Origin: a virus | Strand: one strand, 5' to 3' | DNA length: 64,000 bases | Virus record (IMG/VR): IMGVR_UViG_3300032323_000670 | Span: 51,977-115,976 of that record | In this document: positions 59,973 through 64,000 of the stretch, piece after piece | How positions within the stretch are numbered: the stretch's first letter is position 1 | How the letters are laid out: the number at the start of each line of letters is the position of its first letter | Made by a program: the position numbers and the translations under genes | The notes under the pieces: model-generated | Databases searched by the model: none | What the model saw: only the letters and a program-made list of their open reading frames with translations | Told to the model about the DNA's origin: nothing

Positions 59973-60311
59973 TTATGCTTTTTTAACTCTTGCACCCATT
60001 CCAACTCTAGACTTCTCAGCTTTCTTAGCAGCTAGTTTAGAGGGTGTAAGTTCATATTTAGTTTTGGGTGTATCCTTAGATACTTTCTTAGTAGGTCTGC
60101 AGTATTCATTCTTACCACCAGCACCACAAGCTTTACCTGATTTGGTATCTTGCCACTTCTCAGCTTGCCATCTTTTTAGATCAGAACCAGCTTTTGTCTT
60201 TCTGACATTACCAGATCCTTTTCTACATTTAGCAATAGCTTGAGAAGCCCTCGCTGAAGGAAACACAGCGTACTGTGCTTTTACTTTACTATAGCAAGCA
60301 TCTTTAGGCAT
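59973..60311 (-). CDS. Basic protein (DACYxKVK...FPSA.AS and LKRW..EKW..ACG..YCRP modules)
   Basis: Start at ATG 60311, TAATG-coupled to the upstream microgene. Confidence 0.72.
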   Translation of the reverse strand: MPKDACYSKVKAQYAVFPSARASQAIAKCRKGSGNVRKTKAGSDLKRWQAEKWQDTKSGKACGAGGKNEYCRPTKKVSKDTPKTKYELTPSKLAAKKAEKSRVGMGARVKKA

Positions 60312-60445
60312 TACTTCTTGCTGCAACCACAGCCGTCTTTTTTAGTAGGGTAAATAGATGCCAAAGCCCCACCTTGTTTATAAGCTGGGGACTTTGAAGC
60401 ACCAATTAATTTACTAGCCTCTTTTTTATCTAGTATAGTATTCAT
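60311..60445 (-). CDS. 44-aa basic microprotein (MNTILDKKEASKLIGASKSPAYKQGG...DGCGCSKK)
   Basis: Manually translated; fills the gap and abuts neighbouring genes at both ends. Confidence 0.62.
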   Translation of the reverse strand: MNTILDKKEASKLIGASKSPAYKQGGALASIYPTKKDGCGCSKK

Positions 60446-60446
60446 C

Positions 60447-60662
60447 TTAGTATCCTCTACGCATTTGTGTAGCACCTGCTCTCTTAGGCATAGCTACTGG
60501 TTTATTTACACCTCCAGAAGATTTACCGGCAGATACCTTAGTATACTTAGCATTAGCATTAACACCACCAGATGATTTACCTAATGATGTAGGAGTGTAG
60601 TTAAATACTGATTTGTTGTTTGGGTTGGATTTTCCACCAATCCCTTTTCCTGAAGCTTTCAT
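60447..60662 (-). CDS. 71-aa basic protein with duplicated GKSSGGVN
   Basis: Internal peptide repeat; packed in the operon. Confidence 0.62.
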   Translation of the reverse strand: MKASGKGIGGKSNPNNKSVFNYTPTSLGKSSGGVNANAKYTKVSAGKSSGGVNKPVAMPKRAGATQMRRGY

Positions 60663-60670
60663 GTTATATA

Positions 60671-61369
60671 TTATTTACGTTTAGTGTACATAGATTTCTT
60701 AATAGCTCCTCCTTTCTTTTTCATAGAGGTTCCTCTATATAGATTTTTTTTCCAATCTGGATCTGATGCAGCAGGATTACTTTTTTTAGCAGGTTCTTTG
60801 CGATCAAATAACTTACTATTAATCATATCCGTAGTCTTTTTTACAGCATCAACAGCTTCTCTTTTTTTAATTTGTGCAGGTGAAGCAAAAGGAGTTGTGT
60901 TAGCTCGAGTTTCACCAGGCTGTAAGAACATATCCTTTACACGTTGAGCTTCAGCAGCAGCCTCATCTGCTTTCTTTTTATCAGCAGCTTCTTGCTTTTT
61001 ACGTGCTGCCTCCTGTTGTTTTTTCTTAGCTGCATCTTGAGCTTTTTTCTTGTCTGCAGCAGCTTTTTTAGCAACAGACGCTGGTACAACAGATTTATAA
61101 GGAGCTCGTTTAATATCAACTGATTTTGTAGGAATCTTTTTCATTCCTTTAGATTCCATTTTCACCATTGGTTCTTCAACCTTTCTGGTTGTAGTAGCAG
61201 CTGCAGGAGTAGATTTAGCAGCAGGTTTAGGTGTTGATTTACCACTGATCTTAGCTACTTTACCCGCAACACGGGATTCAATCTTAGCTACTTTACGAGT
61301 ATCTTTAGCAGCTCGTATTGCTTGTCTACCTGCCTGTCTGGCAGCTCGGACTGGATTTTTTGGAGGCAT
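60671..61369 (-). CDS. Histone H1-like Lys/Ala-rich protein
   Basis: Composition dominated by K, A and P; ends MKKKGGAIKK. Confidence 0.65.
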   Translation of the reverse strand: MPPKNPVRAARQAGRQAIRAAKDTRKVAKIESRVAGKVAKISGKSTPKPAAKSTPAAATTTRKVEEPMVKMESKGMKKIPTKSVDIKRAPYKSVVPASVAKKAAADKKKAQDAAKKKQQEAARKKQEAADKKKADEAAAEAQRVKDMFLQPGETRANTTPFASPAQIKKREAVDAVKKTTDMINSKLFDRKEPAKKSNPAASDPDWKKNLYRGTSMKKKGGAIKKSMYTKRK

Positions 61370-61411
61370 TGTGTATATAAATATTAAAGTTATTATCTAC
61401 TACTAAGTTAA

Positions 61412-62422
61412 TTAAGAATTCCAATACTTCTCAACTTTTTTTAATATATCGTTTAACATATCTTCATTAGTTGGGTTTTTCAGATACTCTACTATGTCAG
61501 ATTGTGTTCTACCTAACAACTGATTGTTATCTTTATGATAGATAAATCCATCAGGTTTTGCAATCACAACCTTATAATACACAGCATCCTTTACAACAGC
61601 CTTTAACTTTAATGACTCCATGTCTAAAGCAGAGGCCTCTAAGAATGCTTGAGATGCACGTGTTGAACTCTTTTCAGAACCTTCACCGTTAATAAAACCA
61701 TCCATGTTATCATAGATGATATCATTAGGTGTAGACTTCTTATACTGAGCACCACCAATGTCAACTACCTTAGCTACATATAGAAGTTTGTTTGTATTCT
61801 TATCAAACAACTGCTGTAGTTCAGAAAGAGCTTTGTTACGCAATTTCTTACTTTCAGTCTTACTAGATACAGTTTGTTCAAACTTATCTAAGAAGAACTT
61901 AGGAGCTCTTTGTCTAGATCTAGCATCCTCATAACTTTTAGCTATGATGCTAAACCCACCTGCATTAATAGCATAAATCTTGACTAGATCATATGGATCA
62001 TCAGGATTTAAAAAGATAGGGTCATTACCACACTTAAGTTCAATCTTTGACCAAAATTCATCATTATTAGGTTTTAGCAATTGAACCTTATTCCAGAAGT
62101 CTTTATCTTCAGGATCAATAACATTTGCAGCTAATGATCTTTCAAGATCTGCTACAGCACTACGGATCTCCTTGATCTTAGCTTCTCTCATTTCAGGATC
62201 AGGAATGTTCTTCACATCAGGAGCAAACTCATTAAGCCCTGTAACATAACGCTTAATACCGTTCTGTTCAACACAAGCTAATTGCTCATAGTGTGTTACC
62301 CCTTCAAAAAGAGATAGTCCGTAATTCTCAAGACCCATGTTTGATAGTCTTCCGTCAAAATAAGGTTTAATTGCTAGAGGGGTACGTTTGCCCGTCTTGG
62401 TTTCTACAAGTGTAAAACTCAT
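61412..62422 (-). CDS. Conserved hypothetical protein downstream of the major capsid gene
   Basis: 336-aa ORF; TGL, FW and LNP.DP motifs; crAss-like synteny. Confidence 0.7.
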   Translation of the reverse strand: MSFTLVETKTGKRTPLAIKPYFDGRLSNMGLENYGLSLFEGVTHYEQLACVEQNGIKRYVTGLNEFAPDVKNIPDPEMREAKIKEIRSAVADLERSLAANVIDPEDKDFWNKVQLLKPNNDEFWSKIELKCGNDPIFLNPDDPYDLVKIYAINAGGFSIIAKSYEDARSRQRAPKFFLDKFEQTVSSKTESKKLRNKALSELQQLFDKNTNKLLYVAKVVDIGGAQYKKSTPNDIIYDNMDGFINGEGSEKSSTRASQAFLEASALDMESLKLKAVVKDAVYYKVVIAKPDGFIYHKDNNQLLGRTQSDIVEYLKNPTNEDMLNDILKKVEKYWNS

Positions 62423-62466
62423 AATCTGTTGGTTTTTTAAAAGTTATTGGTTTTTGTAAAGGTAGT

Positions 62467-62496
62467 AAAAAGGGGGAGGCTTTCAACTCTCCCCCA
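62467..62496 (-). terminator. Rho-independent terminator after the major capsid gene
   Basis: GGGGGAG...CUCCCCC stem followed by UUUUU. Confidence 0.82.
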
Positions 62497-62515
62497 GTTT
62501 ACAGGTTATTTATGA

Positions 62516-64000
62516 TTAGAATGATCCACCAGTGATTGGGTTACGCATAACAATCTTCAATACTTTGGTTGGGTCTTTAACCCAGATCGCAGGCATTGTT
62601 TGTGTCATGAATACACGGTATCCGTTGAACTGTCCAGAAGACGCAAATCCTTGAGTACGTCCCATGTAGTCCATAGTACCGTTTTGGTACCACCACTTCA
62701 ATTGATTATCCCAAGACAACTTCAACAAGTAAATGTTATCGTTAGTGTTGTCAGTGATATCAAAGATGATGAATGAATAAGAAGACAATGGGAAACCATC
62801 AATGATTGGGTTTTCAATGTCATTGGTGTGTAGGTTATCAAACGCTGGGTTCAACACAAACTTAACGTTAGCCAAGAATGGGATAACATAAGAAGTGTAA
62901 GCAAATCCAAAGTTCAAGTCCATACCTTTACCAGTGATTGCTCCGATGTCAGCAGCTTGAATTAACAATCCAGAAGACATTGCTTCACGCTTGATTGCTT
63001 CATTAACCATACGCATACCAGCCATACCAGTTTGTACAATCAACTGACGCTTAGGATCTGGTCCTTGGAAGTCAACCTTACCAGCATAGAAGTTATAAAG
63101 TTCTGAACGGAACAAGTCAAGATTGAAGTTAGACTTGTTGTAGATACGCTTGAATGAGTTGTCAAGTTGTCTCCAAAGACCCACAGACAAACGCAAGTCA
63201 TCTGGACCGTCTTGACGTACACGTCCACCTTGTCCCCACATTAAGTAAGTCTCAATGTCATTAGCTACTTTACTCAAGTGAGCTGCTTCCATTGCAGTCA
63301 AGAATGTACGAGACAATGATCCATTGTTCATAGCACGCTTAACATAATCCTTACCCATACGTGAAACCATAGTCTCAAGACTAGTTACAGCTGGATCGCT
63401 TGATTTGTCAAAGTTACGCCAGATCTCTACTACTGGAACAGTACCATCAGCGTTCATTCCACCTTTGATCATCAAGTCTGCGCGAGATGAGATAGAGTAG
63501 TGAACGTGAGCTTCAGCACCACCTACGAAGTTGTAGTACTCACGGTATCCAGTTGCAGTGATGATGTCAGAGAAACGCTCTCCGTACTCACCACGAGCAG
63601 AACCTTTACGGAAGATCTTAGTACCAGGAGCAAGGATGTTAGTATCTAAACCATAAGTAGAATCATTGTTTACCAATTGAACTGTGTAAACAAATCCATC
63701 ACCTACTGGGATGATATCCTCGGTTGGTACAATGTACATCTCCGCACCGTTGTACTTGTCATAAGTGATGATATCACCATGACCAAATTCTCTACGTGAC
63801 AATTTGATTTGGAAGGTAGTACCATCTGAACCAAGAGTGTCACCATCTGTTAAGATGTCATCAACAATGTAAGGAAGATCCATTACAATTGGCGTTTGCC
63901 ACTTGTACTCTCCACGAGCATTGTCTACATTAATAACGTTCTTTCCACCAAAGCTAGACATTTGGTACAAAGGCATTTCTACCTTTTGTGCCATAGCCCA
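62516..64000 (-). CDS. Major capsid protein (crAss-like, HK97 fold), 5'-truncated by the window
   Basis: Frame open to the window edge; strong codon bias; followed by a terminator; C-terminal WVKDPTKVLKI motif. Confidence 0.8.
   Translation of the reverse strand, partial: WAMAQKVEMPLYQMSSFGGKNVINVDNARGEYKWQTPIVMDLPYIVDDILTDGDTLGSDGTTFQIKLSRREFGHGDIITYDKYNGAEMYIVPTEDIIPVGDGFVYTVQLVNNDSTYGLDTNILAPGTKIFRKGSARGEYGERFSDIITATGYREYYNFVGGAEAHVHYSISSRADLMIKGGMNADGTVPVVEIWRNFDKSSDPAVTSLETMVSRMGKDYVKRAMNNGSLSRTFLTAMEAAHLSKVANDIETYLMWGQGGRVRQDGPDDLRLSVGLWRQLDNSFKRIYNKSNFNLDLFRSELYNFYAGKVDFQGPDPKRQLIVQTGMAGMRMVNEAIKREAMSSGLLIQAADIGAITGKGMDLNFGFAYTSYVIPFLANVKFVLNPAFDNLHTNDIENPIIDGFPLSSYSFIIFDITDNTNDNIYLLKLSWDNQLKWWYQNGTMDYMGRTQGFASSGQFNGYRVFMTQTMPAIWVKDPTKVLKIVMRNPITGGSF

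Noticed and set aside
1-64000. Stop-codon reassignment (TAG/TGA recoding as in some Crassvirales)
   Set aside because: ORFs up to 12.5 kb are uninterrupted under code 11. TGA ends genes at ATGA overlaps, and coding density is already near complete.
1-64000. tRNA/rRNA genes, integrase, transposase, DGR reverse transcriptase
   Set aside because: Intergenic gaps are short and AT-rich with no cloverleaf, and no ORF shows the relevant motifs.
1-64000. Apparent CG dinucleotide scarcity as evidence of restriction avoidance
   Set aside because: It cannot be quantified by eye. Sites such as TCGA, GGCC and GATC do occur, and low GC content with codon bias may explain it.

Overview
The window is 64 kb of an AT-rich dsDNA bacteriophage with Crassvirales-like (crAss-like, Bacteroidota/Flavobacteria-infecting) organisation, using the standard genetic code. 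The + strand (1-7952) carries the end of a replication module: two tandem paralogues, a PD-(D/E)xK exonuclease, a family B DNA polymerase, a DUF932-like protein, an Nmad1-like protein and a MazG-like pyrophosphatase. The - strand (64000->7949) is one late/structural block. In order it encodes the major capsid protein (truncated by the window edge), a cluster of small very basic proteins, ring, auxiliary-capsid and Cys-rich proteins, a ferritin-like protein, an IHF/HU-like protein, tail ring and muzzle proteins, internal cargo proteins, three translationally coupled giant virion proteins (2603, 4163 and 1849 aa; the middle one is the virion RNA polymerase, DFDID motif), a lysis cassette and several microproteins. 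The most notable observations are: (i) strings of interchangeable accessory domains (SLOG, ASCH, ADP-ribosyltransferase-like, macro-like, nuclease) on the ejected giant proteins, some in helical-hairpin cassettes; (ii) a recurrent xxxGG motif shared by cargo and basic core proteins, suggesting a maturation or targeting code; (iii) a stand-alone microprotein resembling the redox C-terminal tail of ribonucleotide reductase; (iv) a non-canonical lysis cassette; and (v) a 3'UTR hairpin whose loop is antisense to several gene leaders. Family assignments come from motif recognition only; no database searches were run.
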